Position numbers and translations under genes: made by a program. Below, in pieces: positions 55,001-64,000 of a DNA stretch of 64,000 nucleotides (positions are counted from its first letter, which is position 1; the number at the start of each line of letters is the position of its first letter). A model generated the notes under the pieces. It saw only the letters and a list, made by a program, of their open reading frames with translations. It did not search any database and was not told the DNA's origin. The stretch is from Porphyridium purpureum (taxonomy: Eukaryota): positions 2,232,001 through 2,296,000 of the forward strand of contig VRMN01000001.1 in NCBI GenBank assembly GCA_008690995.1. The letters run 5' to 3'.

Positions 55001-55254
55001 GCTGGAAAGAAAAAGTCATCCGTACTCGCCTCACTGTTTTTCGTTCGCGTGAGAATGCTTCGAGCCCTCTTCTCTTGGTCTTCTGGGAGCCTCTTTTCCC
55101 GCATCTGGACCACCCATCGAGTGCTCGCAGCCAGGCCTGCGCGACATGCAAGCACGGGAGCAAAGGCACGGATGACAAGGAGCACAGCAAGTACCAAAAG
55201 AAAGAATTCCCGGCTACTCGACCGCCACCGCCTTTCCCGCATGTCCCTGGTCAT
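52024..55254 (-). CDS. MBTPS1: Site-1 protease (SKI-1/S1P), membrane-bound subtilisin (alternative start 55242)
   Basis: VAVFDTG (Asp), GHGTYVA (His), SAIGNDGP (oxyanion Asn), SGSS (Ser), YGRVKPDIV, CEYMWPFCAQP, WDQFHSVSYPPGYVPRDNL, DWLGDHPHTNF, C-terminal TM. Confidence 0.94.
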   Translation of the reverse strand: MTRDMRERRWRSSSREFFLLVLAVLLVIRAFAPVLACRAGLAASTRWVVQMREKRLPEDQEKRARSILTRTKNSEASTDDFFFPADFATVRVQLQATNLARRYAFPTDILHLNVELPDEELERDAEIRASCFVDLLEYLRGDPDVRQIFPEQRPGKTRMLALVPPEPENAGRTSSRGSSENLDSVRNLKLFNAHRLWALGYKGAGVRVAVFDTGLARDVPEIIHVSERTSWTNESSTEDTVGHGTYVASLIASNHAMCPGIAPDSELVIFRVFQGALVSFTAWFLDAFNYALHANVHVLNLSIGGPDHHDVPFIDKIRELAEAGVIVVSAIGNDGPLWGSANNPADLIHVVGVGGVELDGSVAKFTSRGMTLHEIDSGPFAYGRVKPDIVTYGRQLEALNHRHPYQCDRVSGSSFTAAIVSGALALMISALPEEARLSGAVHVGSIKRALLRSASRLPESSMYEQGSGLLDIYEAAQELKRIILGPQAGVPGSSSLSLLPAYVDMDEHPCEYMWPFCAQPLFVSSMPMSLNITLFSSGTGHRYSRSRIKRVEWLPDSEHGKWLHVSASGLEQPLSAWCGAFGLHIEVNDQLPNAAFLGGSGSIPAITATGVLRLFVEETDSVDFPIRVKIVPRPSREKRILWDQFHSVSYPPGYVPRDNLFDSRYMMDWLGDHPHTNFHGLFRALVKAGYFVELWNTPWYCCCRTTGSSVLTNYGNIMLVDPEELFDSRDIVILQHFVQEQGGNLLVFAEWFNAKIASELSFYDESSRTQWSAVSGGSNLMALNEILSPFGIRFTDAVVSCTVRSDGLSFTVRDGAPIDPDWIPFGAEVLHGHSCSANKGRSAPRVPIPDQAMLVLARNVSTSGGSIFAMGDTTCIDSQYVDLATTKPCFDVVTRALNAMAASTKPAERMEAKAWGSKEKAYGAASWQTSRTLKEQLPPRLFDIPQQMLASFKPFSRSSVSGELAGSSVCSDETVRAVPISAHVEAVHFPHVRRAHVIDSSGERATSEVNVKLPPGSLSLSRMPGDYFKHDIDRHSALRGASAMLFITIVVVVLRQRRLIRHELYRFIQAQKRHEV

Positions 55255-55772
55255 GGCGCGTCGTGATGTAACGATTCGATGCCTTGGCGCGTCAAAAAGT
55301 TGCGCAGCGCGTTGATGCTATGGTGATGAAGGGGCATGTCCAGTCCCCGCACAGATCTGCACACTCTCACATCAATCTCAACCAGCTCTGAATCCTCGTA
55401 ACCCAGCCGCCGCTGAGCGTTCGCGGGTACCACTTGGCCCAACACTTCTACGCGATCGCCACGTTTGAGCTCGAGTTGGGGAGGCGCCACGCGCATCACG
55501 CAATGCACGAGGACGCTTGAGCCTGTACTGGATACCAGTGGTTCTCCCAATACAAATACGACAGGGCCCGGGCCCCCGTCTCCACTCGAATGTGCGCGGA
55601 CGTTCGTGTTCAACTCCAAGATTACACCTACCACGCGCACATGCTTGCCCTCACGCGCACAGGGCTGGCCGGCTTGTAGCTCTTCGAGGAGCACGAGCTG
55701 CGCGGAAGGCACTGATGGTACAGAGTCGAGTGAGTCACGTGCCAGCGGGTCCAATCCGTTCGAAGCCGCCAT
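55251..55772 (-). CDS. TEN1: CST complex subunit TEN1 (telomere-capping OB fold)
   Basis: LVLLEEL...EGKHVRVVG, LKRGDRVEVLGQV, VRVCRSVRGLDMPLHHHSINALRNFL, resembling the plant/animal TEN1 pattern (RxxRxVxGxDxxLYxxxxxLLRxF). Confidence 0.75.
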   Translation of the reverse strand: MAASNGLDPLARDSLDSVPSVPSAQLVLLEELQAGQPCAREGKHVRVVGVILELNTNVRAHSSGDGGPGPVVFVLGEPLVSSTGSSVLVHCVMRVAPPQLELKRGDRVEVLGQVVPANAQRRLGYEDSELVEIDVRVCRSVRGLDMPLHHHSINALRNFLTRQGIESLHHDAP

Positions 55773-55795
55773 ATCGCGCTGCGGATTTATTTCAG

Positions 55796-58700
55796 CTACT
55801 GGGAATGGGCGGCGAGCACGTCCTTGATAGCGCCTTCCTCAACAAACCCACCCAGTTCGATGCGAAAGCGGAGCTGGAACGGCTTGTTCTCGCCAACCAT
55901 GCGGTTTGTGAGCGTGAATCGCTGATGAGCTTGTGATCCGCGCGGGATCGACGTCTCCGAAGGCGGCTCAATCACCAGGGCAATATACTTAGGTACCGCA
56001 ACCTGCAGCACAAAGTGCGGCACTTCCGATGCACTTTCGTTCGTGATAGTGAAAAGACTTTGGACCGTGTCTGCAGCGTCCGTTCTCGAGAAGGACATGA
56101 CCGCCCGCAGGCCCGGTTTCTGGACCACCACGTGATCCACGCGGGATGATGAAGACGATACAATCACTGCAGCGGCGGGGGCCTTCTTAGAGTCGAGCAA
56201 CCCTTCTCGGTTTCCTGCAGCCGTCTGCGGTGGCTGGTTCACGGGAACTGCTGTGGATCGTGCTTCAGCACCACCAAAATCTCCAAGGATGTCCGCCAAA
56301 GCGTCCTGACTGCTGCTAGGCTGAGTTTGTGACGTTCCATTTGTCCCCATCGGTAGTGGAGACGGCGCACCGAATCCGCTCAGCAAATCCAAGCCGCTAT
56401 TCTCCGCAGCATTCACAGGATTCTGTGCCGGCGCTTCGGTACCTGCGATCGACAAGAGATCGAATCCGCCGACGCCGCTGCCTCGAGCAGCTTTGCCAGT
56501 ACTCACATCGCCACCTCCAAGCGTGAGTGCTGCAAATTCAGATGAACCGTGTGCTGCTCCCGGTGCCTGTGCCGATCCGGTTCCTTCAAGCCCAAACAAA
56601 TCTGCAAGGAGATCGTTTGCCCTGTTCGGGGGCACCCCACTTGACACAACTTGATTAGATGCAAATTCGTCATCTAGAAGGTTAATCAAGGATACTCCTG
56701 TGCTGCCGCCACGTGCACCAATGACGCCACCTCCACTTCTACTCAGCACGCCCTCTCCGCGACGCATGCTTTTTGATTCTCTGCGCATGTCTCCCAAAAA
56801 TTTGGTCCGTCTGTCCTCGTAGTTGTATGCAGGCATGGGTGCAAGCACTTTGGCGCGAAGCTCGGCCTTCTCTGAGGTCAGAAGTACGGAATACTCGCAT
56901 GCGCGCTGCTGCGTTTCGACATCCGGATGACTGCGATACGGCGCCAGGACCTCACGAGAAGCGAGCATATTCTCGGCGCCCTCGTTTGGCGAGCGCGCTA
57001 TCAGCTTGGCCACTGTTAGCAAACCCACGTGGCGAATTGAAATCAGCTCAGCCATTCGTAATCGGCCCCAATCATCGTCAATATCGTATGTTCCCACAGT
57101 AAACTCGTCCGATGCCTCAACGAGGCGCACAATCTGACCCAAAAGTGTTCGAAAGTCTGGGGACCTTCCGCTATTGCCAAGCTCAAGCGCCCTGGTACTA
57201 TTCGAAAACATCGAAAGCGGTACGAGCGAATCAGTGTCGCTCGACTTTGCGTTGTTCATCCACACATTGCCGTACTCGCCGACGAGCGACACGGCCAAAC
57301 GCTCACAGCGCGGCTTTCTGTCACGCAACGCGCCTAAAGGAGGTGCAATACATTTTGCGTGCAATGCTTCGACTGTCGACACCCGCGTGCGGGTGTCACT
57401 TACAGAGAGAAGTGCAATGAAGAGCGCAACTAGCCTGTCTGGTACGCGAACATCGGCTGCAAGCAGCATCTGAATGTAAACGGACGCTTTGTCTGAAAGC
57501 TCACGCTGGAAGGTTTCTGCAAGTGCCGCAATTTTGGAACACAAGCGCGGCTGCTCTTCCGCGGCGCAGTTCCAGAGGTAATGAATCAATTCTTGGATGA
57601 TTGAAGAAGCGTTTTCGGCGTCTGCCATTGTGTACAACAAGTCAACTGCGCGAGTGCGGATCGAAATATCTGTGTGCTTCAGACATCCAACTACGGTGGT
57701 CAGGTGTTTCTTCACGCCCGCGGGATTCACGGCTACCATGGCGCGAAGCTCCCGCAGTGCCACATATTTCACGTTGTGGTCTTTGTGCTGAAGAAACGTG
57801 CCCAACAATTTCAGCACCGTCTGCGTCATCGTGTCCTCCACGTCCAATGTAGTGCACGTAATCACGACCTCGTAAAGAATGGATACGCCTGCGACTTTCG
57901 TTGGCTCGATGAGCTGCACTACCGTCGTGAGTAATGTGCACAAGTTGCGCACGGCGGTAGGTTCATTTCCAGTGAGAATACGAAGCGCCTGAATGCATTT
58001 AGAGATCAGAAACGGATTGGGCACTCCGTGTAATACTGTCTCTGGATCACCCGAGCCTCGTTCGCAAGTATTCATCAGGATCGCGCCGAGCGGGTCAGAG
58101 CAAAGCTTACGCAGGTTCGGTATAACTGACGGGTCGGACAAGCAAATCGCCTCGATGAGGCAGCACACGGTCTGATACACCGACGCGTGACCGTCCTTCG
58201 CAAGCAGGGCGGCAGTCTTGTGGATGAAAAATTCTGTGAGGTCGGGCACTTTGCGAACAATCCTGTCCGTGACGAGTACCGCCTTCTTGACCACGTATGG
58301 ATCTCTGTGATCCAAAAGGCGAGACACTTCTGGCTCCAGATCGCGTAGCATTTCTGCGGACGAGACATTTGCTAGCACGGACAGCGCGAGACCGATCACC
58401 ATGGTTTCGTTTGAATTGAGATCCATCTTGAGCGCGTTGGTGATAAGCATGAGCAGCTCCTGATTCTCATCTAAGAGCACAGTCAGGCCCAAGTAGCCGA
58501 CGCGCTTGTCCTTAAAGTTTTGCGACGCGGCGAGTTTCAAACATTCGATCTGCCCAAAGTCGGTTGGGTAGCCATTCATGTGAAAAAACACGAGTTTCTG
58601 GACATTGCGACGTCGGAATGCCGTGTCACCCTCACGAAACAGATCCCGAATATGCGCCGACTCCTTCTTCACAAACGCGCGCTCCTCCTCCACTGTCTTG

Positions 58701-58813
58701 CACTCACGGTACGCCTTGATGCAATCTTTCAGGCTCCGGCACACGTACGTTCGCTTCGCCTTGTTGTACGCCTCACGCGTCTTCTTATACACCTTGCGCG
58801 CCTCCTTCTCCAT
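55796..58813 (-). CDS. AP1G: AP-1 complex gamma-adaptin (start MEKEAR at 58813)
   Basis: LKDCIKAYRECKT.EEER, GYPTDFGQIECLKL, KRVGYLGL, LMLITNALK.DL, HNVKYVAL, ETQQRACEY, DLL-containing hinge, ear domain LQVAVPKY. Confidence 0.92.
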   Translation of the reverse strand: MEKEARKVYKKTREAYNKAKRTYVCRSLKDCIKAYRECKTVEEERAFVKKESAHIRDLFREGDTAFRRRNVQKLVFFHMNGYPTDFGQIECLKLAASQNFKDKRVGYLGLTVLLDENQELLMLITNALKMDLNSNETMVIGLALSVLANVSSAEMLRDLEPEVSRLLDHRDPYVVKKAVLVTDRIVRKVPDLTEFFIHKTAALLAKDGHASVYQTVCCLIEAICLSDPSVIPNLRKLCSDPLGAILMNTCERGSGDPETVLHGVPNPFLISKCIQALRILTGNEPTAVRNLCTLLTTVVQLIEPTKVAGVSILYEVVITCTTLDVEDTMTQTVLKLLGTFLQHKDHNVKYVALRELRAMVAVNPAGVKKHLTTVVGCLKHTDISIRTRAVDLLYTMADAENASSIIQELIHYLWNCAAEEQPRLCSKIAALAETFQRELSDKASVYIQMLLAADVRVPDRLVALFIALLSVSDTRTRVSTVEALHAKCIAPPLGALRDRKPRCERLAVSLVGEYGNVWMNNAKSSDTDSLVPLSMFSNSTRALELGNSGRSPDFRTLLGQIVRLVEASDEFTVGTYDIDDDWGRLRMAELISIRHVGLLTVAKLIARSPNEGAENMLASREVLAPYRSHPDVETQQRACEYSVLLTSEKAELRAKVLAPMPAYNYEDRRTKFLGDMRRESKSMRRGEGVLSRSGGGVIGARGGSTGVSLINLLDDEFASNQVVSSGVPPNRANDLLADLFGLEGTGSAQAPGAAHGSSEFAALTLGGGDVSTGKAARGSGVGGFDLLSIAGTEAPAQNPVNAAENSGLDLLSGFGAPSPLPMGTNGTSQTQPSSSQDALADILGDFGGAEARSTAVPVNQPPQTAAGNREGLLDSKKAPAAAVIVSSSSSRVDHVVVQKPGLRAVMSFSRTDAADTVQSLFTITNESASEVPHFVLQVAVPKYIALVIEPPSETSIPRGSQAHQRFTLTNRMVGENKPFQLRFRIELGGFVEEGAIKDVLAAHSQ

Positions 58814-59522
58814 TGCAGTGCGTCTGACCACAGCCACCTCCCCTTCTTTCCGCTATTCCCGCTCCAGCCCACACTCGCACCCACCCACACGCCGGCACGT
58901 CGACACTTCTTCGCCGTCACTCGTCGAGCGGCCTATCCCGCACATGCGCTTCTTTGTCAGCGAGCCCTCTCGAGCAAGTTATGGCTCCGCCCGCGGTGTT
59001 GGGGTGAGTCGAGACAGGTCCTGAAGGTTAACGAGACGCACGCGCAGCCTTCCCTCTTCGATCGGGCGGAACGCCAGCAACGGGCAAGGCAGACGGAGCC
59101 GACAAAGCCAAGCGGCATGAAGTTGCAAGCGAAAGACGGAGTGGAACTGAAGCAGGTCGCTTGTGGCAGAGGGTGCTTAGGGGTCGAGTAGAGTATTGAC
59201 TGTGAGGCGGACACATGAAGGAGCGCGATGTAAAACGCTTGCTCTAGTGGTGCCGAAATGAGGCGACTTGAGATTGGTGACTCTTTCGGCTTTCTTCTAC
59301 CCTCTTACTGTGCGCCACGCTTTGAGCAATTTCTCGAGCCTCGTCACATCGCAGATAAATGAGACTCGAGGTACTCAATGCATCCTTTTACTCTAAACTT
59401 GCGCACGTGATGCGACGAGCGGAGGATTCTACGAGGAGCGACTCGAACGACGGCTCACCGCCACAAGAGACATCTAGTCTAGCGCAGTGACGAGCGCGCA
59501 ACTGGGGCAGCGGCTGCGATGG

Positions 59523-59945
59523 CTAATCCGAATCGGAAGTGGATTCGTACTCGCCAAAGATGCCAGCGCTGCCCTCCTCGTAGATGAGCTCGACCTGCAC
59601 CTCGCCGCCCTTCTCGAGCGGAAACGAGCCGCTCACCGTGCCGGAGGAGATCAGCTGGTCCACTGGGATCTCCACAACACCGACGTCCTTGTCGCGGCCA
59701 AAGTTCTTATCACGGACCACGATCTTGACTGCGATGTACTCTCCCTTGAGTCCGATTGTCTTGTCCAAGTCGAACGACACATCCGTCCCCTTCTCGGCGC
59801 CCGTCTTGATCGCGAGCGATTCCTTGGAGCCGATCAACGCGTCCTTGATCATGAACACGCGAAGCATCGCCTTGGTGTCGTCCGGCAAGCCCGTGGCCGA
59901 CGGGATCTTCACCGTCAGCTTGCCCTTCATTTCCGTGCCCCCCAT
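59523..59945 (-). CDS. Single C2-domain protein (start MGGTEM at 59945)
   Basis: GKLTVKIPSATGLP, VKIVVRDKNFGRDKDVGVVEIPV, GEVQVELIY; strongly C/G-biased third codon positions. Confidence 0.85.
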   Translation of the reverse strand: MGGTEMKGKLTVKIPSATGLPDDTKAMLRVFMIKDALIGSKESLAIKTGAEKGTDVSFDLDKTIGLKGEYIAVKIVVRDKNFGRDKDVGVVEIPVDQLISSGTVSGSFPLEKGGEVQVELIYEEGSAGIFGEYESTSDSD

Positions 59946-60855
59946 CTTGACCTCTTCTGCCGTCCACTGCCGTCCACTCCCTTCACAACCCAAACCTCTT
60001 TGATCTCACCGACCCTATCTCTCCCCTCTCTTTCCTCCCTTCCTGGCCCTCTTCCTCGCTGCCTCTCACCATCTTCTCTGCCACCTAACCCCCTCACCAC
60101 TAGCCCAAAAATATCCGGTGCGGCGCAGATTTTTCACGCGCATGTCTAGAACGCCCTCGTTTTCATAGACGCGCACCACACGCCTGTGGTTGGTGTGTGT
60201 GCTGTGGCAGCCACGCGCTCACTCGGAAATCGCTCACGGCGTGGTTTCGGGGTACGGGCGGTCGGAAATCACTGGGTCATCTTCGCACACAAAGAGCGAT
60301 GCGCCCACGTCCACGCGACGCACTGCACTAGGCACCGCAGTGCCGGATGCTGGAGACCGCGGCGAGCTACGCATGCATGCCTCGCGCGCATGCCGCACGA
60401 ATCATGAAAGGCTGGAGGCAATCGCCCACGAGGGCAGCGGCTGCAGACCGTGCGGCAGGGCGTCGTGGCTTCTACTCAAAGAGTCGTCTTATGTGTGTTG
60501 CAGTGAAGGTTCCTCTTCATGCACAACTAGGCGATGAGCGTAGCGGAGAGACAAGCCATCGTCCGCACCATGGGAAGACGGGTCGAGAGAGAAGCAATCT
60601 CAGCGGCAAGTCCGTAGCGGTTCAGCATCGAGGTATCGGTCCGCATGCGCGGGTGATCGCGCAAAGCGGTTTGCATTAATGAGGTGGGTTGCGGTACAGT
60701 GGAAGGAGGCAAGCACGCAATATGGTACAGTGATGTCTGATTGGCAGACAGAAAAAAAGGGGGAGAAGCGCGAAGGAATCGGACAGGGGGAACGACGCAA
60801 CGGGGATTTATGTGGATGGTGATGGCTGTGCGCAGTGGCGTGGATGTGAAGGGTG

Positions 60856-63435
60856 ATGGCGGCGGCAAGGCGGGTGGGCGATGGACAGGGTAATCATGGT
60901 ATGCCGGGGGTCCAGCAGCATGGCGCGCCCATTGCGGTCGCGGCGCCGGAGCAGCAGCAGCATCAGCAGCAGCAGCAGCAGCAGCAGAGATATGGTGGTG
61001 GGTATGTGAGGTCGTCGTCAGGCAATATGGGCGCGGGAGGACAGCCCGTCAGCCAGCCGCTCGGCTTGTTGAAGCGCGAGTCGACCGTGCCGCTTCTGCA
61101 GGCCATTTTGGTGTTTAGCTTGATGGTGTTGCCGTTTTTGATCGGTACCCAATCCGTGTTTCATGAAACCGCAGATCGGAACGCAGTGGTCGTGGAGCAC
61201 TCAGCACACCGTAGCTCCGTTTCGCCTGCCACCCATGATGATGAGATGTATATGATGCAGGCACGCGAAATTCTCCGAAATTTATCCATGGGCGGGCTCG
61301 GCGTCTCGTCTATAGCAGGAGTTCAAGATGCAGACTTGGAGCAAGACGGATGGACTCAGCTTGAAATGTCCAATATCGAGCAGCAAACGTTTAGTATGGC
61401 ACACATCTTGAAGAGGAGGAGCGCGTCCGCCGAGTCGGAGCAGCAGCAAGCGCCTGTACCGAAGACGGCGCTTGTGGCCGCATGTGGCGATCAGGTCGCA
61501 CATCTTAGCTTGGCGATGGCGTCATGGCTTCAGGTGAAAGAACTAGACGAGATTGTTGTAGTTGATTGGTCGCTATCTGGCAGCTCTGGCAACATGGTGC
61601 GCCGGTACGCGGACAAGCCGAATGGCAAAATTGTCAGGTCAGTCTGGGTGCCTCAGCAGGTGTTCGTGCGCTCATGGGCGTACAACTTGGCACTACGCCT
61701 AGCGAGTGCAAGTAATATTCTCGCGGTGGACTGTAATGTTATTCTAGACCCAAACTTTCTCGAAGGACACAAGCTTGAGACCGTGTCGTCTACCTTCTAC
61801 TCCGGTGAGGTGGGCTCGAAGCTAAGCCACGTCTTGTTTATCGCGCGTAACCTGCTCGAGAATGTCGCGGGGTACGATGAGCGTATGGTGAGTGCCGGAT
61901 ACCTTGACGTCAACATGCGACGGCGCATCGAACAGAATGGCGGTATCTTTTCGAATGTGAATGAGCAACTGATTCATGTTATCCCGTTCGAGCATCCCAA
62001 GGTATCGATCTTGAGCCGGTACGTGGAGGGTACAGATGCGACGGCCAGGAGTAACGAATCATCATCATCTGCATCTGATGTCATGGCCAATGCGATGGGG
62101 GACCCGAGCGATCCATTTTTCCCCCTCATGCAGAAGACCGATTTTCAGATTGCGCTCAATCGGCGCTCATCCAGCGGAGCACCTGCGTGGATGACGCAGC
62201 CCGGTGAAACTTTTACAGAGTTCAAGTTCTTTGTTCCGAGCCGTAAGAGTAGGCTGTCCGACGCCGATTTGATTGCAAAGCCGGTGAAAAGGGCAAAGTC
62301 GTTGCATGACAGCTTGACCACCGAGCAGTGGGACAAGTTGAAGCGACTCGCGCTCCAGGACGTTCTCCAGCACAATCTCAAGATTCCGCTTACTTTGGTG
62401 GAGCGCTTTTTCTCGGACAGCGAAGTCACTCTCGACCGTGTTCGGAATTATACATTTGAGGAACGCATGCACCCACCCCGGCTTTTGATCGGAATTGTGC
62501 AAGGAAAAGATGTCGCTACATGCATGTCTTCGCTCGCAATATTGCTGGGCGCGGCGGAAATGAATGGCCGACTCGCCGTAATCACATGGGCACCAGAGGC
62601 GGCGGCAATTGTCAAACCGTTGGTTGGGCTGCTCGACTTTGAGGCGGCCAAAAAGCGGCTGTCTGTTTTTGCGAGGAAAAAGACTTACATGGCGGTCATG
62701 GAGGGTCTATCGTGCAAGAGCAGCCATGCGGGTGGGTTCGGCGAGTGCGTGGCAGACCCAGATTCAGAGTGGCATGACGACTTTGAGTACTTTGAGACCA
62801 ACGGGGATATGTCCTCAATCTCGTTCGCGCAGGAAAAAAACGTGATCATCAAGCTTCCCGTCGAAATTAAGGAAATGCGCCGCATTGATCTCATTCCCAG
62901 CGGCGAATTTCAGCAATACGCGGCACTCTGGCCACATGAGGATATCCACACCAAGCTTAAAACTGTGATGACACCGGGCCCTGGCTGCTTAGTCTTGAAC
63001 AAGATGGATGCAACGGATGGAGAAATTGCCTCGGCCCTAGACGCATTTGTCGCGTACCGTCGCAAAATCGCAATTCAGGACAGTGTCGAGGTCCCCTTCT
63101 ATCGCGTCTTTGCTTTTCGAAGGGAGCACTACGACAAGGCCGCTGCGAGTTTTAAGAATATTGCGACCGGAGAGGAAACGCTCAGCATCATCGAGCCTGG
63201 TGTTTTGGTCGACAACGATGTTTGGAATTCCGTTTACCATCAGTACTCTTGGCTGTTCGGGTTTCACTACTGCCGTGGCTACTCGTTCATGGGTCTCGAG
63301 CACGCGCTCGCGACCAATGTGCTCAAATACGTGTTGATGTGGAGAAAGCTGAATGCGCCAGAACTCGTAACTGACATGCTTCGAAACTTGGGCTCCTCTG
63401 GTCCGATCGTGAATTATGAGTTTAGAAATTGGTAA
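60856..63435 (+). CDS. Type II membrane glycosyltransferase: GT-A (GT2/GT7-like) domain plus a second, possibly fucosyltransferase-like C-terminal domain
   Basis: TM segment AILVFSLMVLPFLIG, ALVAAC, ASWL, DEIVVVDWS, RSWAYNLA, AVDCN, GYDERM; N-terminal poly-Q. Confidence 0.82.
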   Translation: MAAARRVGDGQGNHGMPGVQQHGAPIAVAAPEQQQHQQQQQQQQRYGGGYVRSSSGNMGAGGQPVSQPLGLLKRESTVPLLQAILVFSLMVLPFLIGTQSVFHETADRNAVVVEHSAHRSSVSPATHDDEMYMMQAREILRNLSMGGLGVSSIAGVQDADLEQDGWTQLEMSNIEQQTFSMAHILKRRSASAESEQQQAPVPKTALVAACGDQVAHLSLAMASWLQVKELDEIVVVDWSLSGSSGNMVRRYADKPNGKIVRSVWVPQQVFVRSWAYNLALRLASASNILAVDCNVILDPNFLEGHKLETVSSTFYSGEVGSKLSHVLFIARNLLENVAGYDERMVSAGYLDVNMRRRIEQNGGIFSNVNEQLIHVIPFEHPKVSILSRYVEGTDATARSNESSSSASDVMANAMGDPSDPFFPLMQKTDFQIALNRRSSSGAPAWMTQPGETFTEFKFFVPSRKSRLSDADLIAKPVKRAKSLHDSLTTEQWDKLKRLALQDVLQHNLKIPLTLVERFFSDSEVTLDRVRNYTFEERMHPPRLLIGIVQGKDVATCMSSLAILLGAAEMNGRLAVITWAPEAAAIVKPLVGLLDFEAAKKRLSVFARKKTYMAVMEGLSCKSSHAGGFGECVADPDSEWHDDFEYFETNGDMSSISFAQEKNVIIKLPVEIKEMRRIDLIPSGEFQQYAALWPHEDIHTKLKTVMTPGPGCLVLNKMDATDGEIASALDAFVAYRRKIAIQDSVEVPFYRVFAFRREHYDKAAASFKNIATGEETLSIIEPGVLVDNDVWNSVYHQYSWLFGFHYCRGYSFMGLEHALATNVLKYVLMWRKLNAPELVTDMLRNLGSSGPIVNYEFRNW
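60951..60987. repeat. (CAG)n poly-Gln coding tract
   Basis: Direct read. Confidence 0.9.
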
Positions 63436-63531
63436 AGATGCAAGCCATGAAACCAATTTGGTCTGTACATCCGAAAGTGAAAGGTCGAAGTCGACTGAAA
63501 CCATGGCCGGTAGTTGCTATTGTTAAAAAGA

Positions 63532-64000
63532 TCAGGAGAGGAAGGCCGTTTGAATCTCAAAGCTGATTTCGTCAAATTGAGGAAAGTATAGGAGATGGCC
63601 GGCGTGGGGCTGATACTTTTCAACGACATACGCTCCGCTCTGTTTCAGAGGTCGTGCGACGCAACATTGCACTGCTGGGAGTGTGGTATTTTCGTCATCG
63701 ACACCGTGGAAAATGACTACGGGACACCCGCGAAACGCCGGATTATTCAGTGAGAAGCCCCATTTCTTGTACAACCGAAACTCTTGTCACTGCAAGTGGC
63801 AAAAATTATTGCGCTGGGCAGGCCTTGCAAACGCCTCGCATACGCTCTCGATGAACAGTTGCGCGACGCCTGGATCCCGTAGCACTGTGCGGTCGACCTC
63901 GCAGTAGTATGATGCCGTTCCAAGCACGGAACCGGGCGGGTCTGCCAACGCACTGCGACTGAGAAGGTATAAAACAAGCCACGCAAGCAGTGGAACGTGA
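63532..64000 (-). pseudogene. C-terminal part of an alpha/beta-hydrolase with an in-frame TGA (5' part lies beyond the window)
   Basis: DRTVLRDPGVAQLFIESVCEAF...HLQ*QEFRLYKKWGFSL...PVVIFHGVDDENT...AGHLLY; TGA at 63787-63789. Confidence 0.65.

Noticed and set aside
63787..63789. Selenocysteine reading of the in-frame TGA
   Set aside because: It is not a catalytic Cys position in alpha/beta-hydrolases and no SECIS element was identifiable by eye

Overview
Gene-dense, intron-poor eukaryotic nuclear DNA, most consistent with a unicellular red alga. A Porphyridium-like source is my inference from the red-algal PsbQ', the 'MAFV' plastid transit peptides and the compact layout. About 31 intact genes are visible, including ATP sulfurylase, a DHX36-like helicase, FGGY kinase, KdsB, stefin, a GAT1_2.1-type glutamine amidotransferase, a bacterial-type ABC permease, GSK3, GGT, syntaxin-5, PsbQ', RUVBL1, a Yip1 protein, site-1 protease, TEN1, AP-1 gamma and a GT-A glycosyltransferase. 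Manual reading adds things the ORF track splits or misses: a spliced PH-domain gene, a 5-exon membrane/coiled-coil gene, a frameshifted Hedgehog-type Hint-domain pseudogene, a decayed GT92-like glycosyltransferase and an alpha/beta-hydrolase with an in-frame TGA. The most striking arrangement is operon-like packing of same-strand genes. AP1G-TEN1-S1P have a 23-nt gap and an ATGA overlap, and a DUF3110-like gene lies 27 nt from an asparagine-synthase-like gene, so both are candidate polycistronic loci. All family assignments come from recognising motifs by eye; no database searches were run.
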